From the NCBI RefSeq assembly GCF_024521635.1, contig NW_026250407.1, positions 682,001 through 746,000 of the forward strand: DNA of 64,000 nucleotides, in the 5' to 3' direction. Positions 47,862-62,456 of this stretch are shown here, in pieces. The position numbers were made by a program, and so were the translations under genes. Every line of letters starts with the position of its first letter. The first letter of the stretch is position 1. The notes under the pieces are model-generated. The model saw nothing but the letters and a program-made list of their open reading frames with translations, did not search any database and was not told where the DNA came from. This DNA is from Tricharina praecox. Its lineage: Eukaryota.

Positions 47862-50038
47862 CTACTTCCTCGCGTTCGGATTCCTCAGCTCCTGAAAGTC
47901 GAGTCCACACTCCACCAACATCGTCGAGTGAATCCTCGTGATCTCCATGCAATCGTCGTAAACCTTCGAATTGGGCTCGACAGTGGCGAGCTGTCGGTCC
48001 AAAAGCCCGATGTAGGTGGTGATGTGTTCCTTGGTCCAGCGTACCAGCGCGCTGGCGAGGCGGTATTCGAAACAGCTGTTGTAGATCTCGACGGTGTTCT
48101 TAATCAGGGTGAACTGAACCAGAGCTACTTGCGAGATGTAGAGGGCTACATCGCCTTCGAAGCGGACCTGTCTGCACTGTGGGTTAGAATCGGAATGTGA
48201 AGGATAGAGGATGTGTTACTTACCTGGTCCGCCGCTTGATGGTCGCCGAGCGTGCCTCCAGGAAGGCCTCCCTCGCGCGGTCCTCGTAGTCTAGTTTGAC
48301 CAGCCACTGGATGCTGGACTTGACGGAAGTCTTCTGCGCGGGATTCTCGACGAGGTTGGCCGTGATGATATTCGCCAGCTTCGAAGCGCGCTCGTCAAGC
48401 TTGAGATGAATGAGCTCCGAGATGAGAGAGTTGTTCTTGGCGAGGGATTCCGCCAGGGCACGCAGCTTGCCCACGCTCGACACAGCATCCTCGAACTTGC
48501 GGTGCGCAATGTTTTCGTCCAGCTCGTCCATTTGCGTTTCGACCCAGCGCAGGTTGCGCGACTGACCCTCGACCGTAAACATTGAGTGGCCCGATCCGTG
48601 TGCGCTGAGACTGTTGAGGAGGTCGCCGTGCTCGAGTAGTTTCGGATCGCGGCCGGCAAAGAACGAGACGCTGTCGCGGCGGCGAAGGTTGTCTTCTGTT
48701 TCAGCACGTAGCGCTTTTCTGAGTTCGTCGCGGGATTTCTTAAATTGTCGGAGAAGTTCAGCTTTCTTAACCGAGCTTTCGTTTTGGTAAACGAATGCTT
48801 CCTTGCCAACTCGGAGGCTGATTGCGTTCGAAACACTTTTCCTCGATGACTGTGTGGCATCGGACGAAAGGTCCACCATGTCAATTTCTGACAGTCCCCA
48901 GCACTTGTCGGCTACATTCTTGGTGTTCGGAGTCCGAGATGAGGCGGGGGCGGAGCTGGCGTCTACTCGCTTCTTCTTAACGGTTGCGATAAGAAGGTGG
49001 TCGTTGAGCAGAACCATGTGTACGATTCTCCTAGGTTTCCAAGTCGCAGCATTCAACTCGACCCAGTGTTTTGATTCGAGAACGATATGACGCCCAGGAA
49101 CCGACGGCAGGAACTTCTGCGCGCCTTCTACGGCCTTCCACAGCGCCTGAAGATGGCTCATATGCAGCGCCGTCAAGTCGGCAACACTGCTACGATTCGC
49201 ATGCTTTCGTGCCTGTACATCGTTGGTAGTGCTTCCGAATGAGCCTTCGATTTTCAGTGAGTCGGTGGTAGTGTGCAGTTCCCCCAACAGACCGCGCAAC
49301 ACTCGCATCTCGCTTTTGAGCTTATCAATCTCCTTTGAGATAACGATGAATTGCGTCCGGTTGACAAACACGTTCTTCTGCAGGTCTGACGACGTGCGGT
49401 TCCGAATCTCCTTCAGCCTCCACTGAAACTCTTTGATCTCTTCGTCGGTCGAGTTTGCCAACACCGTCGCCACGACTGACATTACATCCCATCAGCATCG
49501 ACCCCATCAATCCCAGAATATGGTTCAACGCACACTTCTCCGGATCGAAAGCCGGCTCCCTGAACTGACTCAGGTCGATATCCGGTCCCTTACTCTCCCC
49601 CTTCCTCGGCTGAACTGGCATCTTCGCTCCGATCCCCGCTGGAATCGATGGCATACTAGGAATCGATGGCATGGGTGGCACGTCGCCCTGTTCCCCCGGC
49701 ACCGGAAACCGCGTCGACATCCGTCGCTTCACCAGATCCGCCACCTACACGGCTCAGTACCTCGATCTATCCCATCGCCGTCGCGGAGGGACCATTGCAC
49801 ACCTTCTCCTTGTCGCGACTGCGAACTTGCGGCGCCGGCACAGACGTGGTGACCTGCCCGACTCGTGCACCGGGCATGGCAGGCATTGGGATCTGTCTAT
49901 GGTGCCATTGCGTGAGTACGTACTCGGGCAAGGGAGCTGGGAGCTCTACCGTGGGGCGCCGATCACCGGCTTTGGTTTCTTGTCGCCTTTGCCGCGACGC
50001 TTGCGGAGCGAGAGACCTTTGGACCTCTCCTTCTCCAT
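47862..50038 (-). CDS. EXO84: Exocyst subunit Exo84
   Basis: SLRKRR N-terminus, ADLVKRRMSTRF, DLQKNVFVNRTQFIVISKEI, PH-like WVELNAATWKPRR..LLNDHLLIA, AREAFLEARS, GLDF C-terminus. Confidence 0.93.
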
Positions 50039-50434
50039 TATGGGCGGCTGTACGGGGTTCTGCGAGGAATGGACGGGTTGGGGACGTGGATGATGCGGAG
50101 GTGATCGTGGCTATGGTCGTGGTGATGCAGTCGCGCTTGCAGCTGGAGCTATGGCCTGGAGTGGAGTTACACAAAGAGCACCCAAGATTTAGCGAATGGC
50201 TGGGAACGTGACCCCTCTAGCAGCCTATATTGACTCTGGGAATTCTATTTGCTCGCTAGAATTAGCTTGGTTAAGATCAGGGACGATCCAGCTGCGGGTT
50301 TCCAGAGTTTCTGGTCTTGGAGCTTGAGGACCGTGGGACAAAACATACGATGTCACTCAAGGCCGTGTGGAATGACGAACGTCGGCCAGTGTGGCCTTCA
50401 ATTAGAGTGGTATAGTATAACACATACAAAGAGA

Positions 50435-51218
50435 TCATCTATGCTTCTTCTCCGCCGCCGCCGATTTCACCGCAAAGTCCAACAGAGCTCGATGTATCCA
50501 CCCGCCGACCCACCATGCAAACACCGCAACCATCACTATAATCGGAATAATCTTGAGTAAAGACTCGGGTACAACATTAAGAAAATACGGGTCCAGAACT
50601 GTGCCTCATTAGCATCGCCGAGACATGCCAAGGTAGTTGGAGAGTATACTTATGTCGACATCCACGGGCTCTGGGTTCTCCATTCGGGATTTTTGCGAAG
50701 AGACATATGCCGTCTTCGCGAGGACTCTCAGATAGAGCTTCGAGCCAGAGATCTCCTGGACAGCGCCATCTTGGGGATAAGCTAGAATGCCCTCCAGCAA
50801 CGCCGAGTCCCTCAGAACTTGATCAGGAGTAAACAGATCCAGCGTAAAATCCGTCGGTTGCTGGCCAGACACGCGTCAGAAGCGTCCAAAACGATGTGCA
50901 GAGTGTACAAACAGTAGCGGCCCAACATATCCTAACTTCATACCTCCTCCCTTCCTCAAGCCCATTGACTCTAACCCAGTGCTCTACCCCCTTCCCGACA
51001 AATGATGTATTCAGTCGCGTCCTAATCGCGCGACAGTTGCTACAATGTTCTGAGGACGCCAGCTGTGGGACGAGGTGGCCGGCCAACGACACGTCCGGAT
51101 CTGTGGACGCCGGCGGGCCGAGGAATATTTCCTTCTCCACATTTGCCGCTGCGAGTTGTAGTAGACACGCCAGGACTATCGCGAGATACGCAATGGCTCG
51201 GAATATTCGTGACAGCAT
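50435..51218 (-). CDS. PGA1: GPI-mannosyltransferase II co-activator Pga1-like, 3 exons
   Basis: Signal peptide then ANVEKEIF, RYEVRICWAAT|QPTDF, PVDVDI|ILDPYFLNVVPESL and C-terminal TM helix. Confidence 0.75.
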
Positions 51219-51365
51219 AGTGGGTGGTATGAATTGTTGTGGTGGATTAAGGTCGGAAGGAGCAAAAGCTCGTTTGAGCCGCGCACTCCCAGGTGTACTA
51301 CTACTCTGGAATAAATCTCGAGTCTTCAGAACCATGTCATAACCCCACCACCGCCATCACCCAAA

Positions 51366-52939
<1,574 letters not shown>

Positions 52940-53246
52940 AACTCCTACAATTCTCAGTAAACCTGTACTATATCCCTAAAGTGTATAAAAGTTCCATCTT
53001 CGTTCATCATTGGTCCGAGCATAGTAGAGATCATTTTTCATTCAACCTACCGAGAGAAAGGCCGCATATCCATGCGGCTAGAGATGTGAGAGTGGAAGTT
53101 TATGTACAAATACCCGCCTACCAACAAACCGAGATAAACACAAGAACCATGACACAAGCAAAAGTAGAGTAATGTACAACACCAGAGTCACAAAACACCT
53201 GGAAGACAACAAACCAACGCCCTATTTTTCCGTAAATTATCCCCGT

Positions 53247-54079
53247 TTATTGTGCTGATGCTACAACACCGACCTTTGCCGCCTATTGTGTCGTGGCTGG
53301 TTAGCAGGTGATCTCCCATGACGCGCGGGAATGACGAAACTCACCCGTATCGTCCGTCCATTGAGCATGAAACCCGTCTGCTGCACATGGAACACAGTGT
53401 TGGGTTCCTTATCGGCCATGGGAACCTGGAACGTAGCCTCGTGCTTGTTGGGGTCAAAGACCTCTCCGATGGGATCCACCTTCTCCAGCCCGTGTTTCTT
53501 GAGGGTATTCAGCAGGATCTCCTCGGTCATCTTCAATCCGTTGTAAAAGTCGACCAGATCCTTATTGTTCGCCGGGTCGGAGCGCGCACTCTCGGGAACC
53601 GCTTTCAGCGCACGGTCGAGGTTGTCGACAGACTCGACCAGGTCCTTGGCAAACTTCTGGATCGCAAAGTCCTTGGCCGACTTCTTCTCGCGCTCGGTGC
53701 GGTCCTGCAGGTTGCGGAAGTCGGCGACGGCACGCGTGAATTTGTCCTACACCCGCGATTGATCAGCCAGCCATCCATCGTGTGGGAATGCGTGAGCAAG
53801 TAGATATACCTTGTAGTCCCTCGCCTCAACCTTCTTCCCTTCCAGCTCCTTCAGCGCCTTCTCGAGCTCCTCGGAGAATTTCGACACCTCCGGCTGCTCC
53901 GCGGCCTTCGCGGACTCCTCCGCCTTCGTGGGCTCCTCCGTCTTCGCCGACTCTGTAGTCGAGTATAATCTCATGCTCGCGGGCCGCAAGTGCCTGGCAG
54001 CTAGCGGCGCAACGTAGCCCCGCGGTACCGAGGGAGCGACGAGCAAGCGTGCCTGGCGAAGGATCGTCCGTCCGAACAT
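53247..54079 (-). CDS. MGE1: Mitochondrial GrpE nucleotide exchange factor
   Basis: Presequence, RAVADFRNLQDRT, FAIQKFAKDL, FDPNKHEATFQ, GFMLNGRTIR|AAKVGVV. Confidence 0.96.
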
Positions 54080-54377
54080 TGTCGTTGTTGATCGTGTGGT
54101 GCGGGAGCGAGATGGGTGGGGGAGAGAGTGATGGGGAGATCGATGGCGGGGGTGAGTGACAGCGGCGGGCGGGAAATATAGACAAAAAAAATTGTAGAAA
54201 ATGTCGGGTCTTGGTCTTGGCGGTGACGCCTCGTGAGTCGATGGATTGGATTTGTCCCGACCCTTCTTCCCGAACCGATAGAGACGCCACTTTAGTCACC
54301 CCCGGACCAACCCCATCCCCCCATCCTCTTCCCCCCATCCTCTTCCCCCCATTCGACACACGCCAACGGAAGTGAAG

Positions 54378-54886
54378 ATGGCGGCGCAAGCTCAGAGATC
54401 ACCCACCAATGCTGTTAACGATACCTTAGCGGTATGAAGCTGGAGTTGCCGAATACATGCGAATAAACTGATGGGTGGATTGGTGCAGTCACTGGAGTCG
54501 TTGATCAGACTCGATACCGAGGCTACCGTTGGGGATCTAGATCTCCTAGTGCGCATCAACAAGCATGCTGCGGAGCGGTATCGAGGCATGGCCGATGCTG
54601 CCGAAGGGCTGGAAACTGATGCTGAGTACCTCAAAACGAAGTGTGCGTTTATTCTTCGAACCTCAAGTTTACGTACTGATCCCCGGGGCAGATGATGAGG
54701 TCAACAAGTACATCAAGCAGGTGGGCGAGCTCGATGACCGCGTGAGCGATCTGGAGGCTATCGTCAGGGAGCTCGAAGAGTGGACTGGCGAGCTAGGTCA
54801 GACCACACTACCCCCGAAACCCATGAAGAAACATAATTGACATTCATGTAGAAATCAAAGTACGGCGTATTGCTCCGCGGCGTTAA
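54378..54886 (+). CDS. BLOC-1/BORC subunit BLOS2 (BLOC1S2)-like, 4 exons
   Basis: EATVGDLDLLVRINKHAAERYRGM...YIKQVGELDDRVSDLEAIVRELEEWTGELE matches the BLOC1S2 pattern as I recall it (EATxxDYxLLxxMN...Y..M...YLxQI..IEEQVxxLE). Confidence 0.75.
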
Positions 54887-55046
54887 CATAACGAAGCATA
54901 AATTCATCTATCCATTTGTCTTCATTGCCTCCCAATTATGTGATCAATTCCGGAAGAAGAAAACAAAAGCCACTCGTATCTAATGTACAGCAAACTGGGA
55001 AAAAAGGAATCACATTAAAGTATAACCCAACGTAAATGCCAGATCA

Positions 55047-58000
55047 CTATGCCTTCTTCGCTCTACCCTTTGGGGCAGCTTTTGCCCCGCCCTTCGCTTT
55101 AGATGCTGCCTTCGGCTTCTCCTCACCGTCTTTGGCCTTCGCTTTACCCTTGGCAGCGGGCTTCTTCTTGGGTTGCTTAACATACTTGTCCTTGGTGATA
55201 TCGTCCTCGTCATCCCCCTTCTCGACATCCGGAGGAGCCTCGTCTTCGCTCTCGACAATCGCGTCCTCGATATCGGGCACGTCCTTCTTAGCAGCCTTGG
55301 TGGCAGCCACAGAGGAGGCTTTCATGAACGGCAGGGGGTGAGACTGCTGGTTGTACATCCTAGTAAAGGCAGATTTGACAGCGGACGGAATTTGCACGGT
55401 GCCCTCGTCAGAGGGCCCAACTCCCAGCTCGATGATGTTGTCCCAATCCTCCTTGGTCAGGAAGTAGTCATCCATGATCTGGATGATGTCTGGGACGGCG
55501 TCCTTGCCCTCGACCTCGAGACGGCGCACGAGTGAGTTGAAGAAACTGGGGATGTATGATTGACGGACTTCGTGGCGATCACCAGACGACCGTAGACGCA
55601 TGTGACTCTGGATCTCCTTGATGAAACGCATGAGTTTTCCTGTCTAGGTGTCAGCATGTGCGTCAGAATGAGAGTAGATGAGCCCGTACCCTGCTTGGAG
55701 TTATTCCCCAGCCAGCTAGTGAATGACATGGGACCACCACCATAACTTCCATATGTGTACGACGAGGGGATGACGGTGGAAAGCATGCCATGCACAGGCA
55801 TCAAGCTCCAGTGTTGCTGCGGGCCGTGAATCATGGCATCGGCCAGATCGCCATCGGATATGCTCTGAGCAGCGTTGTCGGCGAGTTCCAGGAGCTTCAG
55901 ACTTCGTTCTTTGCCGCTGTACTGGTTCGCTCTGTCCGGTCTGTTCTTGAGGTAATTTTCCTGGATCATGAGATACGAGAACTCGTGGTCGTTGAAGTAA
56001 AGTTCCATCTTATCGTTGAGCGTCTTCTTGCTGTTAGCACCAAACATTTCCGTGCCCAACAACTTTCCGGCAATGTCCCAAGGCTTAAACACGATGTGTT
56101 TTTCCCACGATTTGGCCCTGAGGACGCTGTCAGCATAGAACGTCAGCGGAGGATACATGGGCTGCCCACATTGCTTTGCTCTGGTCGTAGTCCATAGATT
56201 TCGCCGTGGTCTTGTAGGTCGAAAGCATGTTGATGATTTGTCTAATATCTGCTCTCGTTCCCTCCACAAGCTGATCGATGACGGGGGGTTTGAGACTGAT
56301 TCCCTCCCTGAAAGCAATAGACATGATACGAGAACGAATCATGCTCGCATCCGGTCGTCGGAACGCCATATCATAGGTGACAGTGTCGAACGGCCTCATC
56401 TTCGGAAGCTTCCTCTCATTGCAGATACAGATTATCGGTATCTGTGATTGTAAGCATGCTGCGCAATCACTCGGAGGAAATACAACTTACACTCGTCTTC
56501 CGGCAAAACGCAGCCAGCGATCCAACACCGCCACGATCACCAGCAGACATACCGTCCACCTCGTCCATGATAAGAACTAACTTTTTCTTCATCATATCCT
56601 GCTTCCTGTCGCCAACTTTAAAATAACCCATCAGAGATGTGTTATCCAATATACCACGCATGGTTTCCTCCATCAATTTCTTGCTTCGGGTGTCACTGGC
56701 ATTGTATTCGAGAACGTCGTATCCCTCCAGTTTGGCAACCAAGTGCGCAGCAGTGGTCTTTCCGATTCCAGGTGGTCCGTGGATCATGGCCGCCCTGTAT
56801 CCGCCAGCTCCGTCGGCGCCTCTGACCCTGAAGTTCAATTTCAAGTTCTTGGACCAGGCACGCAACCATCTCTGCAGCTTTTCCACCTGGCCCTTGTTGC
56901 CACAGATGTCCGTCATCTTGCTGGGAGCATACTTGGTCGTCCACAGCTGCCCTTCATCCTGAGATACCACTCCCTTAGCCTTGGCCGCCTTAGCATCGGC
57001 ATCGGCTGCCTTCTGCATTTCCACGGCTGCCTCCCGAATCTTTTTCTCTTCGACGGCCTTCTTGGCTTCCCAGTCTTTAGCAGCCACCCCGTCTCCTCCG
57101 TTAGCCGGAAGCAACGAGATGAGCTGAAATAGACCATCTTCATTGATCGTCTTGATCCCGAGTTTACGGATAGTCTCGAGCTTCGAGGGGCCAGCATCCC
57201 TACCCAGAACGACGTAGGAGGTCTTTCTCGAAGGGCCGGTAGTGATTTTACCTCCGTATCTCTTGACAAGCTGTTGCCCCTCTTCTCTGGAAATGCTGTC
57301 TAGGATTCCGGTGAAAACAAACGTCAATCCGGCCAAGCAATTCTCTGCACCAGTTGGTATCTCCTTGCTCCCCGGAGCTGCCGGGGGCGCCGCCTGCCGT
57401 CCTGCAAAATCCTTGAAGTTGAATTTCTTTCCCTCCTCTCGGGGCGGAGGTGTCGGAGCTCGGACTGTCGCAATAGCATCGAGGATCTTCTTGACATCGG
57501 AATTGTCGATAACCTCCTTCGTTTTCGCTGGGGCACGTGCTTTCTTCGCCGGAGGCTTTTTGGCGGGAGTTTTCTTCTTCTGCGGCGCTTCCTCTTCAAA
57601 ATCATCTTCCGAGTCCTCCGAGTCAGAAGGCGCCGGCTTCCTCTTCCTGCCGACGGTGCTAGAAGTTTTACTAGAGGTATTGCTAACAATCACCTTGGCG
57701 GGGGTTTTGGCGGGGGTTTTGGCAGGAGTTTTGGCGGGAACTTTGGTGGGAGCTTTGGCCGGCGTTTTGACCAGCGTTTTCGTAGTAGCGCCCCGTCTCT
57801 TTGGCTTCACATCCTCTTCCTCCTCGTCCTCGTCCTCATCGTCGTCATCATCGTCGGCAACCACAAAGTCGTCCATATCCTCATCCTGCGGCTCTTCCTT
57901 GTAGCCATCGTCCTTCTTCTGAAACGCCTCAACATAGATATCATCGGCCACATCATCGTCATCGTCAAGGACACTCGCCCCCTTCTTTACATCCGCGACC

Positions 58001-58502
58001 TTCCTCGGCCTTGATGACCGCGCCGGTAACGTGCGGGTAATCTTGTTCTTGCTAGAGCTAGAGAAGTAGGACGACTCGACCTTGGCTTCCTTCGGCTTCT
58101 CGGCGGACTTGGGGGGAGCTTTCTTTGTGGCGGGCGACTTCTTCGCGGGAGGTGGTGGCGGCGAGTCTTTGTCGTCGTCTTCGTCGTCCTCGTCGGAATC
58201 TACCAGACAAGGTCAACTTCTGCAGACAACAGCAGCAGAAAGATTGATTGATGCTCACCAACGACGCGACGCTTACGAGCAGCTGGCTTTCGCTAGATGA
58301 CAGAGTAATTTTAATTCACAGCTTTGATGGGCCTTCGAAGCAGTATGTAGATACGTACGGCAGTTGCGGGCGTAGCCTTGAGCTTGGGCTTCTCTTTGGC
58401 GGGAGTGGGTGTGGCCTTGGGCTTGGGCTTCTCTTTGGCTGGAGTGGAAGTCGAAGTGGCCTGGCCCTTTGGAGCGAAAAAGCTGCGGATATCGGGCGGC
58501 AT
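55047..58502 (-). CDS. RFC1: Replication factor C large subunit
   Basis: MPPDIRSFF PIP-like N-terminus, BRCT (CLAGLTFVFTG...YGGKITTGPS), WTTKYAP, GPPGIGKTT, LIMDEVDGMSAGDRGG and RFC1 C-terminal domain. Confidence 0.97.
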
Positions 58503-58661
58503 GCCGGGCAGCAGTTAGAAGCAGTATGTACGAGTGAGGTAGTGGATTGATTGCTGATAGTCGAAATCGAGTGGGTCAGAGAGGTGAGTTGGTGGTGTAG
58601 AGTTGGAATTGAAAATGGCAAGGGGAAAGGCAAAGAAAGGACTTGTTCGAGCAGAGACGGG

Positions 58662-58690
58662 ACGCGATTTTGTCGCGTAAGGATGACGCG
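58662..58690. promoter_or_regulatory. MCB-like (ACGCG) cluster upstream of RFC1
   Basis: Three cores within 30 bp (58662, 58674, 58686), ~160-190 bp upstream of the RFC1 ATG; a perfect ACGCGT also lies at 59196. Confidence 0.55.
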
Positions 58691-59373
58691 CTTAGTGATA
58701 ACTATCTGCCTGCCCGCCGCACCAAAGCACCCCTGGAAGTTTTTCAGTTTGTATGTAAGGGTAGGTAGTGTGACTGCAAGCACACTGTTGCCGACACGAT
58801 CACCATTCACATATCGTGGGGCGAAGGTCAACCACGGTCCAGTTTATTTAATCCTATATTGACCGGATATCGGTTTCTTCAGGTCCGTCCACCATCGATA
58901 TCGTCGTTCAGTACTTATTCGACAGCGACTCCCGTGCATCACCATGCAAACCGTATCTGTGTGGTTATCGACGAGAGCCATTACCTTTGGATGTGTTGAG
59001 TCAATAAATTGCAATGACGACCCATCGTTTTTTATGTTTGCGCTCATGACCAGAACTTCTGCGGAACCCGTATTCAAGCTTTCACCACGAAGAGAAGACC
59101 CAGAGGACCGAGTGGTGAAACAAGCCCCGGCAAGTCCTGGACAGGACTACCGGCTTAATAAGCGTGCCCGTTTCCGCGCGCACTGCCCCAGCGTCACGCG
59201 TGTTTCCCTATTCATCACGTGTGTGTCCTGGGTCGGAAACACTGTCTCTTCTCTCTCTCTCCACGGTTGCAGACGTAAGCACACGGAATCTTCTCCGCTC
59301 CGATGCAATACACGTTCCTCAGCTTCACTGAAACCAAGACGAAGTCGCCGCCAGCAGCTCGCTCCTTATCTTT

Positions 59374-60450
59374 ATGTCAACTCCACCACCACAGCCACGA
59401 CAAGTGCAGTGCGAAACAATATTAAGCGCTGTAGATGTGTTTATCCATAGGGAGCGCACGGGTCTGCAGGCAGAGATCCAACGATTACAGGCGGAGAATG
59501 CGAAACTGCTGAGAGGTCCGTTTCGTCGTCGTCACCCCGAAAACTCCCCCCAGCTAACAACATGTTTCACAGAAAACGGCGAGCTCCTACGGCAAACAAC
59601 AAACATACACACCACACCGACCACGATCGTTGCACTCACGGGCGACAACAACGAGAAGCAGCCACTCGCGCAGTTGGAGCCGAAAGATGCGCTCCTGCGC
59701 GTGCTGCTGGCAAAGGTCCACCACTGCCAGCGGTTCCTGGTCAAGGAGCGCGAGGCATTTGCGCAGCGCGAGGCCACCTTCGATCAGAGCATTCGGGCGC
59801 TGAGGGGGATGGTCGAGCAGGTGGTGAAGACGCAGCATCATCACCGAGGAACCACGGCGGGTGCTACAGCTCCGCCGGGGCGTGCGCACCATAGCGCGCC
59901 GACAAGTCCGACGGTCAGGAGAGAAGAGATACGCATGAATACGGGGCAGGTCCCCGCTGAGCTGGTGGATAGGGTCATGGAACTTACCGCGAACCTATCG
60001 CAGAGGGCGGAGGAGGTCAAGGTACGTACTCCATTAGGTCCACAATTACTAGCGCTGACCCAAAATCACCAGCAAATCCGCCTCCTTGCGGAATCTAAAG
60101 CGGCTGAAGCAGCGCAACGAGTCGCCGACCTCGAGCGAAAATCCGAGGGACTATCCCTCCTGTACGTCGTCCCATCTCTCCCACCCCCTTCCCTACCCTA
60201 CCCTTCCCACGCTGATTCCCCCCATAGCCGCGCGCACAACAACCAAGCAGACTTCGAGCTCAACGTGCTAAACCTGCGCTTGAAGCGACTGGAAGCGGCG
60301 ACGCTGGAGTACGTTCCGCTGGCGGAACAAGATATCATTTTGGACTTTGAGGCGTATAGAGATGAGTTGGGGAAGGTTAGGAGTAGGCAGAAGATAAGAC
60401 GGAAGAGGGAAGAAAGGTGGGGTTTGTGGACTTCGGTTGGTGGTGGTTGA
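59374..60450 (+). CDS. Orphan coiled-coil protein, probably 4 exons
   Basis: 358-codon ORF with heptad segments (LQAEIQRLQAENAKLL; AAQRVADLERK; LNVLNLRLKRLE) and three intron-like segments. Confidence 0.7.
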   Translation: MSTPPPQPRQVQCETILSAVDVFIHRERTGLQAEIQRLQAENAKLLRGPFRRRHPENSPQLTTCFTENGELLRQTTNIHTTPTTIVALTGDNNEKQPLAQLEPKDALLRVLLAKVHHCQRFLVKEREAFAQREATFDQSIRALRGMVEQVVKTQHHHRGTTAGATAPPGRAHHSAPTSPTVRREEIRMNTGQVPAELVDRVMELTANLSQRAEEVKVRTPLGPQLLALTQNHQQIRLLAESKAAEAAQRVADLERKSEGLSLLYVVPSLPPPSLPYPSHADSPHSRAHNNQADFELNVLNLRLKRLEAATLEYVPLAEQDIILDFEAYRDELGKVRSRQKIRRKREERWGLWTSVGGG

Positions 60451-61706
60451 AGGGAGGTGTGAGCGACGAAGAGAGGTGTAATGGAATGTCATACAGTATC
60501 GGTACTTAGTATCCAAGTAATATTTAATATCGGGTTGAAACACATTCGTCTGGGTGTTCGATCGAGGTCGGGGATGATGTTGAACCCGGATCCATGCACC
60601 TCGTTGGGAGATAGATCTTCGTCCGACTGGCCCACGAAACAGGCGACAGTTCGAACCATCGAGAATCACAGCCAGTGACTCGCCCTCCCTCCCGCAAACC
60701 AGCGTCCATGAATTCGCATCTGCACATCACGAAGCTACTGCAGCCTAAGCGCCTGGTCCCGACTCCCCAGACATCCGATATGTAGATGTACGGGTACGCG
60801 ACCGCTACATACATACATGATCATAGTTATTGTTGGGATGCGGCGCTGCAGGTACGCACTGAGCACGGTCGTTCAACGGAAATTTCCAGAAGAGCAGGTG
60901 CGGGCTGGGACGTGAAGTAGAATATATTTTTTTCGCTTCCACACGGAAGCATCGTCGAATGGATGTCGGCGGCCGATGGAGGTTCTTCATGATGAGCGCG
61001 ACCCCAGAAAGATGATGGTCCCCTACGGTACGATTCACGATCCGCCGCCTTCCCTTGTCTTGTCTCGAGTCGACACCGTTCGCGAGAAATCCTCCACAAA
61101 CACAGGTTCTATACAACCCGCCGTCACAATCACCACTCAACAGCACGCCCGCGGCCTGCGTACCAATTGGCAATTCCCTTAAGAAAAGCAAAGAAAAAAA
61201 TGTAGACACCATGGTTTATCACTCTCATCACTGGGCGACGCCCTGGAGAACGAATTAGGAATATGGTTTCCATTCCCGGTCGTGATCGAACTCCAGCGCC
61301 TTTCGACACGAGCTCAGACCGCGACCGAGAAACATCACTCTCAGACCTGTCGACGCGGATTTACCCCAGGAGTAATTCTTCGATAAAAGAAATACAAGAG
61401 CTTCCATCGGTCGCCGAGCTGTCCAAGACTCCACCCCAAAACTCCTCCGAGGAGGAGGGGGCGGTGTCGAGGACACAGGTCTGATGAGGAAGGGAAGGGA
61501 AGTGGGAAATTTTTCGCGGACTTTATGGGTGGCCCATGGCTTGGCGTGGTAGGGTGGGGTGCGGCTAGCGCACAGGATTTTGGCCGATGCGGCTCTGCCG
61601 CGGGTTGCGGGTGGTGGTGAATCCTCACACCTCCGCCGACGCCAGCCCGACGACGCCAGCCAGCCAGACGGATCCGCACCCCCACGCACGCACCCCGCCA
61701 CGAACG

Positions 61707-62456
61707 ATGACGCCCTTCCACCAGCTCTCGCGCGTATTCACGCGGGCGTTCTCCAGCACGCCCCTGGCAGCCGCCGGCTCACTGAAGACCTCGTCGTCGT
61801 CGCGCAAGAAGCTTTCGCACATGCTCAAAAACGTGCCCACGTACCCGTTTCCGATCCAGCAGACGTTCAAGCAGAGCTGGTTCGGGCTGTACGGCGGCAA
61901 GCACATACAGTTCGGCAACAACATCGGCCCCAAGAGTCAGTTCAAGACGCGGCGCTTCTGGATGCCGAATATTCGCCACACCCATCTGTACTCCAAGGCC
62001 CTGGGCATGAATCTCAACCTCGAGGTCTCGACGAGTGCGCTACGTGAGTACTTACATATGCTCGGTGTGGGATGAGATGGAGGGAGTTGACAGGTGTGCG
62101 ATGGGACAGGGACCATTGATAAGGTGGGAGGTCTGGATAATTACCTTCTCGGCTCGAAAACGGCACGCCTGAAGGAATTGGGACCGAAGGGATGGAAGCT
62201 TCGACACCGGGTGTTGAAATCCGCGTGGTACCAGAAGCTGGCGGCAAAGGAGCGGGAGGCTCTGAGTGCTCAGGTTGTGCAGGCCACGGCGGAGGTGGAC
62301 CAGCTGGAGGTGGCCGAGGAGGCAGCGGCGGAGGCAGCAGCAGACGCAGCGGTGACACAGGGCGATTCGGCAGCAGCATTAGAGCAGGTCGCCGCGCTTG
62401 GGGAGCAGAACACCACACAGATTTCGAAAGACGAGGCGGGGAATGTCAGGCTGTGA
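61707..62456 (+). CDS. MRPL24: Mitochondrial ribosomal protein bL28m
   Basis: [20 protein letters not shown]...[10 protein letters not shown]...LYSKALG...[16 protein letters not shown]. Confidence 0.93.

Noticed and set aside
48217..48228. TACTTACCTGG resembling the U1 snRNA 5' end
   Set aside because: It is the reverse complement of an EXO84 splice donor, and no U1 body follows.
60480..61500. Several 65-135-aa ORFs between the coiled-coil gene and MRPL24
   Set aside because: I could not build a consistent spliced model, and no motifs are recognisable.
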